The position numbers and the translations under genes were made by a program. Under the pieces are notes generated by a model. It searched no databases and was not told the origin of the DNA. It saw only the letters and a program-made list of their open reading frames with translations. Shown one piece after another: positions 1-9,362 of a stretch of 64,000 bases of DNA. The stretch's first letter is position 1. The number at the start of each line of letters is the position of its first letter. Source of the stretch: an uncultured Aliarcobacter sp. (GTDB taxonomy: Bacteria > Campylobacterota > Campylobacteria > Campylobacterales > Arcobacteraceae); the NCBI GenBank assembly GCA_963677435.1, contig OY781945.1, positions 2,336,001-2,400,000 of the forward strand, in the 5' to 3' direction.

Positions 1-525
1 AATAAAATAAAAAGTAGATTTAGTATTAAAAATTGTATTGAGCACTCTATTGAATTATCAAAATATTTATTACTTCAAGAGAGTATTGAACTAAAAGTAA
101 AAATCAGAAAAGATGTAGAAATAGATACTTATTACAATGAATTATCTCATGTATTTTTAAATATTATTTCAAATTCAAAAGATGCTTTATGTTCTAATGT
201 TGACAAAAATGATAGAATAATCAAAATTATTGTAAATGAATATAAAAATTATCTCGTAGTAAATATGATTGATAATGGAGGTGGAATTCCTGAAGATATT
301 TTGCCAAAGATTTTTGAGCCTTATTACACTACAAAATATAAAAGTGCTGGAACAGGTATAGGACTTTATATGTCAAAACAGATAATTGAAAAACATATGA
401 ATGGGTCAATATTTTGTAAAAATATATCCCACAAAATGAAAAATGACAAAGCATTTAATTGCACATTATTCACAATTAGAATACCAATACAAGATGAAAG
501 TAGTGAGAATACAAATGACAAATAA
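1..525 (+). CDS. Sensor histidine kinase, C-terminal HATPase_c portion (5'-truncated by window edge)
   Basis: Frame 1 is open from base 1 to the stop at 525. N box (ELSHVFLNIISNSKDA), G1 (DNGGGI), F (IFEPYYTTK) and G2 (GTGIGL) boxes are present. Confidence 0.92.
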   Translation, partial: NKIKSRFSIKNCIEHSIELSKYLLLQESIELKVKIRKDVEIDTYYNELSHVFLNIISNSKDALCSNVDKNDRIIKIIVNEYKNYLVVNMIDNGGGIPEDILPKIFEPYYTTKYKSAGTGIGLYMSKQIIEKHMNGSIFCKNISHKMKNDKAFNCTLFTIRIPIQDESSENTNDK

Positions 526-1177
526 TGATTTAAATATATTACATAATTTTAGTGTTTTATATCTTGAAGATGATGAAAATTTATTAAAACATACAAGAGA
601 TATTTTAGAAGATTTTGTAAATAATATTTATGCTGTAAAAACTTCTAAAGAGGCCTTAGATATTTTATTACACAAAAAAATAGATGTTATTATTTGTGAT
701 ATTTTATTAAAAGATGAAAATGGAATTGATTTTTTAAAACATATTAAAAGCAAAAATATAAATACTCCAATAATTTTAACAACTGCCCATACAGATACAC
801 AATACTTACTGGATGCAATAAAACTAAAGGTAGAAAACTATATAGTAAAACCCATAAATATAAAAGAATTACTTAATAGTTTACATGATATTTTTCTTCC
901 TATTGTTCAAAAAAAAGAGATTCAAAAAAACAATAATGTAATTAAAACAATCTCAGCAATATCAGATGGTAAACAAGTTGAAATAGTAAAACATATTATA
1001 AATAATTTAGACAATGAAAACCTTTTCACAGCTTCGTATACAGATATAATGGATAACTTTTCAATCTCAAAACCAACTCTTATAAAACTTTTTAAAGATT
1101 TGGCAGAAAAAAATATTCTTGTAAAAATACAACATAAAACTTATAGATTTAATGAAAGTGCTTTGGAGAATTTATAA
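515..1177 (+). CDS. Response regulator: REC domain plus C-terminal winged-helix/HTH-like output
   Basis: LYLEDD, IICDI (phospho-Asp), TAH and KP receiver motifs. The C-terminus SYTDIMDNFSISKPTLIKLFKDL is HTH-like. Start moved to ATG 515, overlapping the kinase stop. Confidence 0.85.
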   Translation: MTNNDLNILHNFSVLYLEDDENLLKHTRDILEDFVNNIYAVKTSKEALDILLHKKIDVIICDILLKDENGIDFLKHIKSKNINTPIILTTAHTDTQYLLDAIKLKVENYIVKPINIKELLNSLHDIFLPIVQKKEIQKNNNVIKTISAISDGKQVEIVKHIINNLDNENLFTASYTDIMDNFSISKPTLIKLFKDLAEKNILVKIQHKTYRFNESALENL

Positions 1178-1254
1178 ATCAGAAATGTTTAATATTACCA
1201 TTAAATATGAATTTTAATTTTTCTGAAAATAAAAGAATTAATTAGAAAATAAAT

Positions 1255-1698
1255 CTAATCTAAGATTTCCAAAATTTCTTTTATTTTTGAGATATTTAAC
1301 TCATTAAATTTATCTTTTTTATTCTCTTCAAAATAAGTTTCATTTAACTCCAATAAGTTTCCTAGTTCCTCTCTTAGGATAAACTCTTTTTCACTTACAA
1401 TTCTATGTTTGAAAGTCTCTTTTAAATCAAAATCTACAGTTGATTGAATATCTATTAAAAAATTTAAACTATAGTGAACTTCTCTTTGATCAATATAAGA
1501 TTTTGAAGCCACAAGATAAGCTGCATTAAAAAATACATCATCCATTTCTCTTGAGGTATATGTCATTTTAATTAGACCTTTTGCATTCTCTATCAAATCA
1601 TTTTTAGAATAATTTTCTCCTAATTTTGTTAGTATCTCCAAAACTTTATCAAAATCAAAATCATTTATTAATTTTTTTTGTATCTCTTCTAAATTCAC
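1255..1698 (-). CDS. Hypothetical protein (147 aa)
   Basis: Long ORF with GTG start and an upstream AAGG-like RBS; no family recognised. Confidence 0.7.
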   Translation of the reverse strand: MNLEEIQKKLINDFDFDKVLEILTKLGENYSKNDLIENAKGLIKMTYTSREMDDVFFNAAYLVASKSYIDQREVHYSLNFLIDIQSTVDFDLKETFKHRIVSEKEFILREELGNLLELNETYFEENKKDKFNELNISKIKEILEILD

Positions 1699-1729
1699 TC
1701 TCTTTTACCTTTTTTTATATTTGTAAAAT

Positions 1730-1750
1730 AAAGGGAGTAAAACTCCCTTT
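1730..1750 (-). terminator. Intrinsic terminator after the RND operon
   Basis: AAAGGGAGT-AAA-ACTCCCTTT hairpin just downstream of the RND stop, with a T-rich tail on the minus strand. Confidence 0.75.
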
Positions 1751-1758
1751 AAATCAAA

Positions 1759-4700
1759 TTATTTAACTAAGCCTTTTTCATACCATTTTCTCAACCATGC
1801 ATCAAATGGATACATGAATTTATAAATAGCGGGAACAACAAGAAGAGTTAAAATAGTTGAACTTATAAGTCCACCAATAATTGCTAATGCCATTGGTGCA
1901 TTTCCTTCATGTCCAGCTCCACCACCAAAGGCAAGAGGAATCATGGCTCCTATCATTGCAAAAGTAGTCATTAAAATAGGTCTTAATCTTTTTTCTCCAG
2001 CTTCCAAAAGTGCATCATCAATACTTTTTCCATCTTTGATAGCACGATTTGCAAAGTCAACAACTAAAATTGCATTTTTCCCAACCATTCCTAAAAGTAA
2101 AATAATTCCAATCATAACAAATAAACTAAATGAATTGCCTGTTGTATAAAGTGCAACCATAACTCCTGTAAAAGAAAGAGGCATAGAAACCATAATAATA
2201 AATGGTTGTATTACTGATTCATATAGAGCTGCTAAAATAAGATAAATCAAAATTACAGCTAAAAGAACAGCTCCAGCAAAAGCTTTACTTGTATCTTGCA
2301 TATTTTCTACATCTCCTGTAAATCTATAGTTATATCCTTTTGGAAGAATTTCTGGCATCTTAGAGTTAATAACAGTAACAATTTTATCAAGAGAAGTATT
2401 AAATGTATTTGCAGTTACAAGAACTTTTCTTTCCCTATCAAATCTATTAATTGAAGCATTTCCGAAACTCTGTTTTATATCTATTAATCCCTCAAGTGCA
2501 ACAAATTGTCCATTTGAGTTACGAACTTGTAATTTTTTTAAATCATCCAAAGAACTTCTAAAGCTATCTTTTAATCTTACTGTTATATCAAATTGTCTTC
2601 CATTATCTTCATAATAAGAAACGGCTGTATCGCTTGAATAAGCTGAACTTAGAATAGACGCTATATCTTCAACACTAACTCCCACTCTTTGAGCATTTTC
2701 TCTTAAAATACCAATTTTAATTTCAGGTTTTCCATTTTCATAATCCCTATCTACATCAACAATTCCATTAGTTTGTTTTAATATTTCCATTAGTTTTGAT
2801 GATACAGTATCAAGTTCTTCTAACTTATCCCCCGTAATAACTACTTGAACAGGAGAAGTAGAATCACCCGTGTTAAAATCATCAACTTTATCAACAGATA
2901 TTGTCATTCCTTTTATTGATGAAAATTTTTCTCTATAATATTGAATAATTGTTTCTTGAGTTTTTTCTCTTTCTTCTACTTTTTTAAGTTTTACATAAAT
3001 TCTTCCTTTATGTATCTCTTTTGCAGAGTTATAACCGATTGATGAAATTGAATACAATATATCTTTATCATCTTTAATCTTATCACCAAAAGAAGCCATA
3101 AGCTCTTTCATTGTTTCTAGATTTATTCCAATAGGTGCTTTTATTGAAATTTGAAACTCTGCATTATCTTGCATTGGTAAAAATGACATTCCCACTTTTA
3201 ATGTTGTTGATGCCACAAGTAAACTAATTGTTACAATAATTGTTAAAGTTTTATAACGAATCAAAGGCTTAAGTATTGCTATATAAGCCCTATCAATAGC
3301 TTTAAATATTGGTTCTGTTGCATGATAAAAACGACTCTCTTTTGCATTTAAAATTCTGGCTGCCATACTTGGGATAAACATAATAGCTACTAAATAAGAA
3401 ATAACAATACCAGATGCAACTGTCATAGCAAAAGAGTTGAAAAACATTCCAACAATACCATCCATAAAAGCAACTGGTATAAAAACTGCTAATAACACAG
3501 AAGAGATTGCTAAAACAGAAAAAGCAACTTCTTTTGCACCCTCAAATGAAGCTTGAAATGGAGGCATACCCTCTTCCATTTTTTTCATTATATTTTCAAT
3601 AACAACAATGGCATCATCAATAAATATCCCTATTGCAAGGGTAAGTCCAATTAAAGTTAAACGATTTAAGTCATATCCTAAATAGTTGATAATCGCAAAA
3701 GTTCCAATAACAGAAGTTGGAATTGCTAAAGCTGATACAATAGTTGCTGTAACATTTCGTAAAAAAAGAAATACTATGATGATAGCTAGAAATGCTCCGA
3801 AAATAAGGTCAAATTGTACATTGTCAATATTAACCATAATTTTTTCAGATTGATCTTCTAATATTTTTATTTCAGTATTTTCACCTGCTAGTATTTGAAG
3901 TTTTGGAAGTACTTTTTTAACCGCTGTAATAATATTTAATACATTTTCACCTGCTATTTTTTTTACTTCTAATGTTACACCTTGTTGTCCATTAAAAGAA
4001 GAAAAACTTTTTGGATCACTTAATCCATCTTTAATTGTTGCAATATCTTTTAATTTAATTCCTGGTTTCACTAAAATATTACCAACTTCTTCAATACTTT
4101 GAGCATCACCTTGGGCTTTGATAATAATTTCTTGGTCTTTATTAATAAGTTTTCCAACACCTTCTTTTATATTTTGTTTTTTTATAATACTACTAACATC
4201 AGCAGAAGTTAGATTATATTTATTAAGTAAAAAAGGATCAATAAAAATACGAATTTCTCTGTCTTGGTATCCTAAGATATTAACTTCTCCTACTCCTTTA
4301 ATTCTTTGTAATTGAGGTTTAAGTTTTTCATCTGCAAGTCTCATTAAAGCGATTGTATCTTTTCCTCCTGAAGCGATAAAAAGACTAATAACTCCTCCTG
4401 TTGCACCTAATTTTTTAACAATTGGTTTATCAACTTCTAGGGGTAAATCTATTGCACCAATTTTATCACGAACATCGTTTGTTGCTTCATCTAGATCTTT
4501 TGTAAGTTTAAATTGAATTGTTACAGAACTAAAACCTTCATAACTTGTTGACATTAGTTTATCAATTCCATCTACACCAGAAACTGCTTCTTCTATTTTA
4601 TCTGTTACTTTTGTTTCAACTGTAGATGGATCTGCACCATTATAAGTTGTTTGAACAGTAACAATTGGGAAATCCACATTAGGAAAAAGGTTAGTTGGCA

Positions 4701-4788
4701 TTGTGTTATATGACATTAATCCAAAAACTATAAATGTCAAAACACCCATCAAAGTTGTGATTGGGCGATTAATAGCAAATTTATACAT
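1759..4788 (-). CDS. RND efflux permease (AcrB/AcrD/AcrF family)
   Basis: 1009 aa; FAINRPI start, GIFIDDAIVVIENI (TM4 proton relay), KNAILVVDFA, RLRPILMT. Confidence 0.96.
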   Translation of the reverse strand: MYKFAINRPITTLMGVLTFIVFGLMSYNTMPTNLFPNVDFPIVTVQTTYNGADPSTVETKVTDKIEEAVSGVDGIDKLMSTSYEGFSSVTIQFKLTKDLDEATNDVRDKIGAIDLPLEVDKPIVKKLGATGGVISLFIASGGKDTIALMRLADEKLKPQLQRIKGVGEVNILGYQDREIRIFIDPFLLNKYNLTSADVSSIIKKQNIKEGVGKLINKDQEIIIKAQGDAQSIEEVGNILVKPGIKLKDIATIKDGLSDPKSFSSFNGQQGVTLEVKKIAGENVLNIITAVKKVLPKLQILAGENTEIKILEDQSEKIMVNIDNVQFDLIFGAFLAIIIVFLFLRNVTATIVSALAIPTSVIGTFAIINYLGYDLNRLTLIGLTLAIGIFIDDAIVVIENIMKKMEEGMPPFQASFEGAKEVAFSVLAISSVLLAVFIPVAFMDGIVGMFFNSFAMTVASGIVISYLVAIMFIPSMAARILNAKESRFYHATEPIFKAIDRAYIAILKPLIRYKTLTIIVTISLLVASTTLKVGMSFLPMQDNAEFQISIKAPIGINLETMKELMASFGDKIKDDKDILYSISSIGYNSAKEIHKGRIYVKLKKVEEREKTQETIIQYYREKFSSIKGMTISVDKVDDFNTGDSTSPVQVVITGDKLEELDTVSSKLMEILKQTNGIVDVDRDYENGKPEIKIGILRENAQRVGVSVEDIASILSSAYSSDTAVSYYEDNGRQFDITVRLKDSFRSSLDDLKKLQVRNSNGQFVALEGLIDIKQSFGNASINRFDRERKVLVTANTFNTSLDKIVTVINSKMPEILPKGYNYRFTGDVENMQDTSKAFAGAVLLAVILIYLILAALYESVIQPFIIMVSMPLSFTGVMVALYTTGNSFSLFVMIGIILLLGMVGKNAILVVDFANRAIKDGKSIDDALLEAGEKRLRPILMTTFAMIGAMIPLAFGGGAGHEGNAPMALAIIGGLISSTILTLLVVPAIYKFMYPFDAWLRKWYEKGLVK

Positions 4789-4791
4789 AAT

Positions 4792-5490
4792 TTACTCTAC
4801 CTTTACAGTGCCATTACCAAAAAGTCCTGGCATAAGATTTTTAGCTTTTACTTCAGCTTCCATTTGTCTTGTTTCATTTAAAATTTTTGGATAAATTTTA
4901 GTGATTTTTCCTTCATATATTTCATCACTTCCATCAACTTTATATACAAATTTTTGTCCAATTTTAACTTTTTGCCAATATTTCTCATCAAATTTCAATA
5001 CAAGTTTTACATCATCTAAAGATATAACATCTAAAAGATTTGTTTGAGAAGCTAATACAATAGCACCTAAATCTATATTTTTTTTAGTTACAATTAAATC
5101 ATATGGCGCTCTTAATTCAGTTTTTCTCAGAATTATCTCTTTATTTTGTGCATTTAATTGAGTAACATCTTTATCATAAATGTAATTATCCATCTTTTCT
5201 TTATCTATAACATCAGATATTTTTGCATATCTTTCATAAGTTTTATAAGAGTGTTCTGCTTGTTTTTTTGCAGTTTCGTATTCATTTTTTTCTTGTGAAT
5301 TATTTAAAGAAAGTAGTAAAGTTCCTTTTGTAATCTTATCTCCAACATTTACATTTAATGTTGAAACAATTCCAGATGTTGATAGCCCAAGTTGTGATTC
5401 TTTTTCACTAACAACATCAAATGTTGCATAAATTTCTTCTGCAAATAAGGCTTGAAACATAAATAATATAAGTATAAAAATCTTTTTCAT
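4792..5490 (-). CDS. Efflux RND periplasmic adaptor (membrane fusion protein)
   Basis: Signal peptide; lipoyl half-motifs SGIVSTLNVNVGDKITKG and ELRAPYD; lies between the TolC and RND genes. Confidence 0.92.
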   Translation of the reverse strand: MKKIFILILFMFQALFAEEIYATFDVVSEKESQLGLSTSGIVSTLNVNVGDKITKGTLLLSLNNSQEKNEYETAKKQAEHSYKTYERYAKISDVIDKEKMDNYIYDKDVTQLNAQNKEIILRKTELRAPYDLIVTKKNIDLGAIVLASQTNLLDVISLDDVKLVLKFDEKYWQKVKIGQKFVYKVDGSDEIYEGKITKIYPKILNETRQMEAEVKAKNLMPGLFGNGTVKVE

Positions 5491-6710
5491 TGAATAGCTC
5501 CTTTAATATTTTCACCCATTTCATAAAGCAATACTGCTTTTTGATATTCAACTTCATTTAGGGCTGTTTGAAGTTGAGAATTTGAATTAAATTTATCACT
5601 AAGTGCATCAAGATAACTAACATTATCCACAATACCTTGTTGGAATTTCTTTTTAATTAATTCATAAGTCATTTCTGAAGCTTGAAGTTGTGCTCTTGCT
5701 GCTTCAATTTTTGCTAAGGAAGTTTTGTAGCTATTTTGTGCACTTTTTAAACTAGCTTTTGCTTTTTGTTTTTCATAAGCTAAGTCACTATTTTTAGATA
5801 AATAGTTTAAATATGCAGCTTGGGCATTAGCATTTGTAGAACCAAAATCAAAAATTTTCCATTCTATTGATAATTGAACACTATTTTGTTGATCCAAACT
5901 ATCTGTTGCAAGTGGATAATCAAAATCATATTTAGAATATGTATCTTGAAGTGTAATTGTTGGCTTATTTGGTGCTTTTGCAATTTTTATTTCTGCTTTA
6001 TTACTTTGTACACTCTCTTCAAGAGCTAATATATCAAGACGTTTTCCTTCTTCTATATTTGAATCTTTATAAACAATTGAAGAACCTTTTTCTACAGAAA
6101 CTTCTGTTCCTGTTAAATACTCCAAAGTATTAGAAATATTGTTTAATGAGTTATCTAATGTTAGTAAATCAACTTTTGTTTGCTCAAGAGATGAGACAAT
6201 TTTTTGTAATTCATCAGCAGTAATCGTACCAACTGATAAAAACTTTTCTAAACGATAACGCTCAGATTCAAGTTGTTCCATCTTTTTTAAAGTTGATTCT
6301 TTACTAGCAAGTGTACTTAAATAGTTATAGTAGTTATAAATAACATCTAATGAAATATTATTTTGAACAGAAGCTAAAGTAAAAGTTGCAGATTTGATAA
6401 GTGCTTGTTGTTGATCAAAAGATGCTTCTCTTTTTCCTCCATCATAAATAGTAAATGAAAGTGTCGCTGATCCTGTAGTACTTTTATCTGGTGACGAGAC
6501 ATTACTATCTTTATTAAAAGTTTGATTTGCGCCTAAAGTTAGATTTGGCATATATCCACTTTTTGTAGCGTACTCTTTTTCTTTTGTTGATTCTAAACTA
6601 TAACGAGAAGATTCTACTTGTTTATTTTGTTCTGCTAAATTTAAAAGTTCATTTAAATTTCCAGCAAATGTAAACAGAGGGAAAAGAGATAAAAATAGAA
6701 ATTTTTTCAT
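5487..6710 (-). CDS. TolC-family outer membrane efflux protein
   Basis: Signal peptide MKKFLFL..FAG, two OEP repeats (YMPNLTL, IYDGG; PTITL, IFDFG). Start at 6710 overlaps the TetR stop. Confidence 0.92.
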   Translation of the reverse strand: MKKFLFLSLFPLFTFAGNLNELLNLAEQNKQVESSRYSLESTKEKEYATKSGYMPNLTLGANQTFNKDSNVSSPDKSTTGSATLSFTIYDGGKREASFDQQQALIKSATFTLASVQNNISLDVIYNYYNYLSTLASKESTLKKMEQLESERYRLEKFLSVGTITADELQKIVSSLEQTKVDLLTLDNSLNNISNTLEYLTGTEVSVEKGSSIVYKDSNIEEGKRLDILALEESVQSNKAEIKIAKAPNKPTITLQDTYSKYDFDYPLATDSLDQQNSVQLSIEWKIFDFGSTNANAQAAYLNYLSKNSDLAYEKQKAKASLKSAQNSYKTSLAKIEAARAQLQASEMTYELIKKKFQQGIVDNVSYLDALSDKFNSNSQLQTALNEVEYQKAVLLYEMGENIKGAIQ

Positions 6711-7321
6711 AATATTTTCCTTGTACATTGGTCTAATAAATAAGTTATATGTTTAGTTAGAATTAGTTGAGCTTCATCAAAAGCCATATTTGATGCTTTT
6801 GATTTAATTAATCCACCTTTTAAAAGTAGAATAATGCTGTTTGCTAGCATATCAACATCATCAATAACAAATTCACCTTTTTCTATACCTTCATAAAAAC
6901 AACTCGTAATAAAGTCATAATCTTTTTGAAAAAAACTCTCAAAATAAGCTGTATAAAGTGAAGTTTTGTCAATGAGCATTGAACTTATAAAATGTTGAAA
7001 AAGAATAAGTGTTTGTTCTTTATCAATGTTTTCTTGACATTCACTAAAATTGTAATATTCCAAAATTTTTTCTTTTGAGCTCATATTTAGATTAATTCGT
7101 TTATTAAAAATTTCTTCATGCTGCTGAGTTAAAATATCCCAAATTGTAAAAACAATCTCTTCTTTATTTTTAAAATAAAGATATATTGTTCCTTTAGCAA
7201 CTCCTGCACTTTGTGCAATTTCAGCAATGCTTGTCTGCTGAATTCCTTTATCACAAAAAAGTTTTATTGCAGATAGTGCTATGTCACATCTTTTTTCATC
7301 TTTATCTATAATTCTTGCCAT
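6707..7321 (-). CDS. TetR/AcrR family transcriptional regulator
   Basis: N-terminal HTH TSIAEIAQSAGVAKGTIYLYFKNKEEI; first gene of the efflux operon. Confidence 0.95.
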   Translation of the reverse strand: MARIIDKDEKRCDIALSAIKLFCDKGIQQTSIAEIAQSAGVAKGTIYLYFKNKEEIVFTIWDILTQQHEEIFNKRINLNMSSKEKILEYYNFSECQENIDKEQTLILFQHFISSMLIDKTSLYTAYFESFFQKDYDFITSCFYEGIEKGEFVIDDVDMLANSIILLLKGGLIKSKASNMAFDEAQLILTKHITYLLDQCTRKIL

Positions 7322-7329
7322 AAAATGCC

Positions 7330-7392
7330 TTTCATAAATGAATGACCGTCAGTCATTTATGAAATAATATAATTTTTATTTTATATTGTCAA
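7330..7392 (-). promoter_or_regulatory. sigma70 promoter and TetR operator of the efflux operon
   Basis: Minus strand TTGACA (7392-7387), 17 bp, TATTAT (7369-7364). A 35-bp near-perfect palindrome TTTCATAAATGA-A-TGAC-C-GTCA-G-TCATTTATGAAA (7330-7364) covers the start region. Confidence 0.8.
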
Positions 7393-7425
7393 GTAAATCT
7401 AAATAATTTAGCCAAAAAAAAATAT

Positions 7426-7713
7426 TTATTTTTTTGTAGTTGTAGAAAGTTCAACACCTTCATAAGAGGTTGTTTTTATTGCATTTAAGATATCTTGTAT
7501 TTTTACTTTTTCATCATAAATTATAGTTGCTTCTTTTGTGTTCAATTTAACACTAACATTTTCAATTCCATCTAACTGTTTTATCGCTTTTTTTACAGCA
7601 ATTGTACATAAAGGACAATGCATTGCTTCAATTTTTATCACTGAAATTGTAGAAGCTTTTAGAAAACTTATACTTATTAAAAATATAAATAGATATTTGA
7701 ATAATTTTGACAA
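7426..7713 (-). CDS. Exported heavy-metal-associated (HMA, MerP/CopZ-like) protein
   Basis: Signal peptide then MHCPLC (MxCxxC) metal-binding motif and ferredoxin-like pattern. Confidence 0.88.
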   Translation of the reverse strand: MSKLFKYLFIFLISISFLKASTISVIKIEAMHCPLCTIAVKKAIKQLDGIENVSVKLNTKEATIIYDEKVKIQDILNAIKTTSYEGVELSTTTKK

Positions 7714-7715
7714 GT

Positions 7716-8042
7716 TTACTCCATAAATAAAGGTAAGATTTCAGGATATAAAAGTAAAAGAGATAAAATCCAAAATATAATAATAAAAATAGCATAGGTT
7801 TTTATAAGACTTTTTTTATCACAGATACAAAATAGATTTCTCTTAAACTGAATGATTCCTAAAAGAAATAAAGCAATACTCAAAATTGCCATTGGAATTC
7901 TTAGATATTCAAAGGTAGTAAAAAAAGCCAGCAATGAACTATTTATCCCAAAAAAAATAAATACAAATGCTGGCAAACAACAAAGTGTTGAAAAAAGCGC
8001 CGCAAAAACGGCACTAATTAAACTAAGTGAATATTTTTTCAT
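7716..8042 (-). CDS. MerT-like small membrane metal transporter
   Basis: Three TM helices, STLCC vicinal Cys pair in TM1, CxC in the loop; adjacent to the HMA gene. Confidence 0.78.
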   Translation of the reverse strand: MKKYSLSLISAVFAALFSTLCCLPAFVFIFFGINSSLLAFFTTFEYLRIPMAILSIALFLLGIIQFKRNLFCICDKKSLIKTYAIFIIIFWILSLLLLYPEILPLFME

Positions 8043-9133
8043 ATTCTTTCATTAGAAGTATAAGAGTATGAAAACTCTTTTGCATTATAATAATCAAGTG
8101 GATCTTCACCAATTTCTGCATAAGGATAACCTAGCATATTTAGTGGATATTGGCTTGGTTTTGGAGTTAAAACAAAATCTCTTGCACTATTAAATGCAAC
8201 CCAATTCATTTCCCATGAACCAAAGAAATATTTTTTAACATCTTTGATTTTTTGATCTTCATTTGTTAATTTTTCTGCAAGTCTTACTTTTGTAACATCA
8301 GCAGGATCTGCTGGAACCCAACCTAATCCATCAATATAAAACTCAGTTCTACAATGTTGTGCACCTGTAATATCTGCAAAACCATTTGCATCAGCTTTTC
8401 CACAAGCATTTGAAATTTTTGATTGCCCTACTCTAATACCAAAAACTTCCCTTGCTGGAATTCCAATATTTCTTAATAAACATACAAAAACAGAACTTAC
8501 ATCTGTACATTTTCCACCATAAATTTTTTCTTCAATAGATTTTTTTGCATCACCTATTCCACAACCAATTACACTATTATCTCTATACATAGTAGTAACC
8601 GTCCAGTCATAAATGGCTTGTACTTTTTCTAATGAAGTTTTTTTACCTTTAACAATATCTTGAGCAAATTTTTGTAAATTTGCTGTTATTGGAACATGGC
8701 TAGTACCTTTTAAATACACTTTTATATCTTCTGGATAATTCGTATTTGATGTTGCTTTTGAAAAATCTGTTGTTCTTTGTTGCATAATTACATCAAATGA
8801 AACTTCTAATTCTCTATTTTTATCACCTTTATTCCATTTTACATATAAAACTCTTGTATCATAATCATTTTTTACAACTTTTGCTTCATCAAAGTTACCT
8901 TTGTAAGAAAAATCTACAACTTTATGATAACTTTCATCTTTTGGTAGTGGAATCCATAATTGAGCAATTTCTTGGCTAGGTTTAATATTGAAATTGTTTT
9001 TAATAGAGAATTTTCTTGGTTTATCTGTAATTCCAAATGGATTTTTTTCATCATTAGCAAAAATAAAATTTGGAGTTAATAAAGCAGCAGATGAAAGGAT
9101 TGCTGAGCCTTTTAAAAATGTTCTTCTTTGCAT
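8039..9133 (-). CDS. Tat-exported transglutaminase-like (Cys-His-Asp) domain protein
   Basis: Twin-arginine signal MQRRTFLKG, GGKCTD nucleophile, QHCRTEFY, GWVPADP. ATG at 9133 with GAGG upstream. Confidence 0.88.
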   Translation of the reverse strand: MQRRTFLKGSAILSSAALLTPNFIFANDEKNPFGITDKPRKFSIKNNFNIKPSQEIAQLWIPLPKDESYHKVVDFSYKGNFDEAKVVKNDYDTRVLYVKWNKGDKNRELEVSFDVIMQQRTTDFSKATSNTNYPEDIKVYLKGTSHVPITANLQKFAQDIVKGKKTSLEKVQAIYDWTVTTMYRDNSVIGCGIGDAKKSIEEKIYGGKCTDVSSVFVCLLRNIGIPAREVFGIRVGQSKISNACGKADANGFADITGAQHCRTEFYIDGLGWVPADPADVTKVRLAEKLTNEDQKIKDVKKYFFGSWEMNWVAFNSARDFVLTPKPSQYPLNMLGYPYAEIGEDPLDYYNAKEFSYSYTSNERI

Positions 9134-9362
9134 TGGAGTCAACCTCTAATAGTTTTTGTTCTATTAAGAGATAAAGTGAGTTAAGCTCTCTTTAAATCAA
9201 CCATAACCTATGGTCTTGAACTAAATTTTGATTTATATTAATATATCATCAATAAACAAGCGCTTAAAAAGTAAAGTATTTTTTACTTTATACTCAATTT
9301 AATTTTAATGAAAAACAGATATAATCCACACTAAAATTTGCAATATTGCAAGGATATATTTT

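Noticed and set aside
1255..1698. Possible phage-derived domain (DFDFDKV motif)
   Set aside because: The resemblance is vague and there are no other phage genes nearby.
7426..8042. Mercury resistance (mer) operon
   Set aside because: No merA, merR or transposon features in the window; only MerT-like and MerP-like genes.
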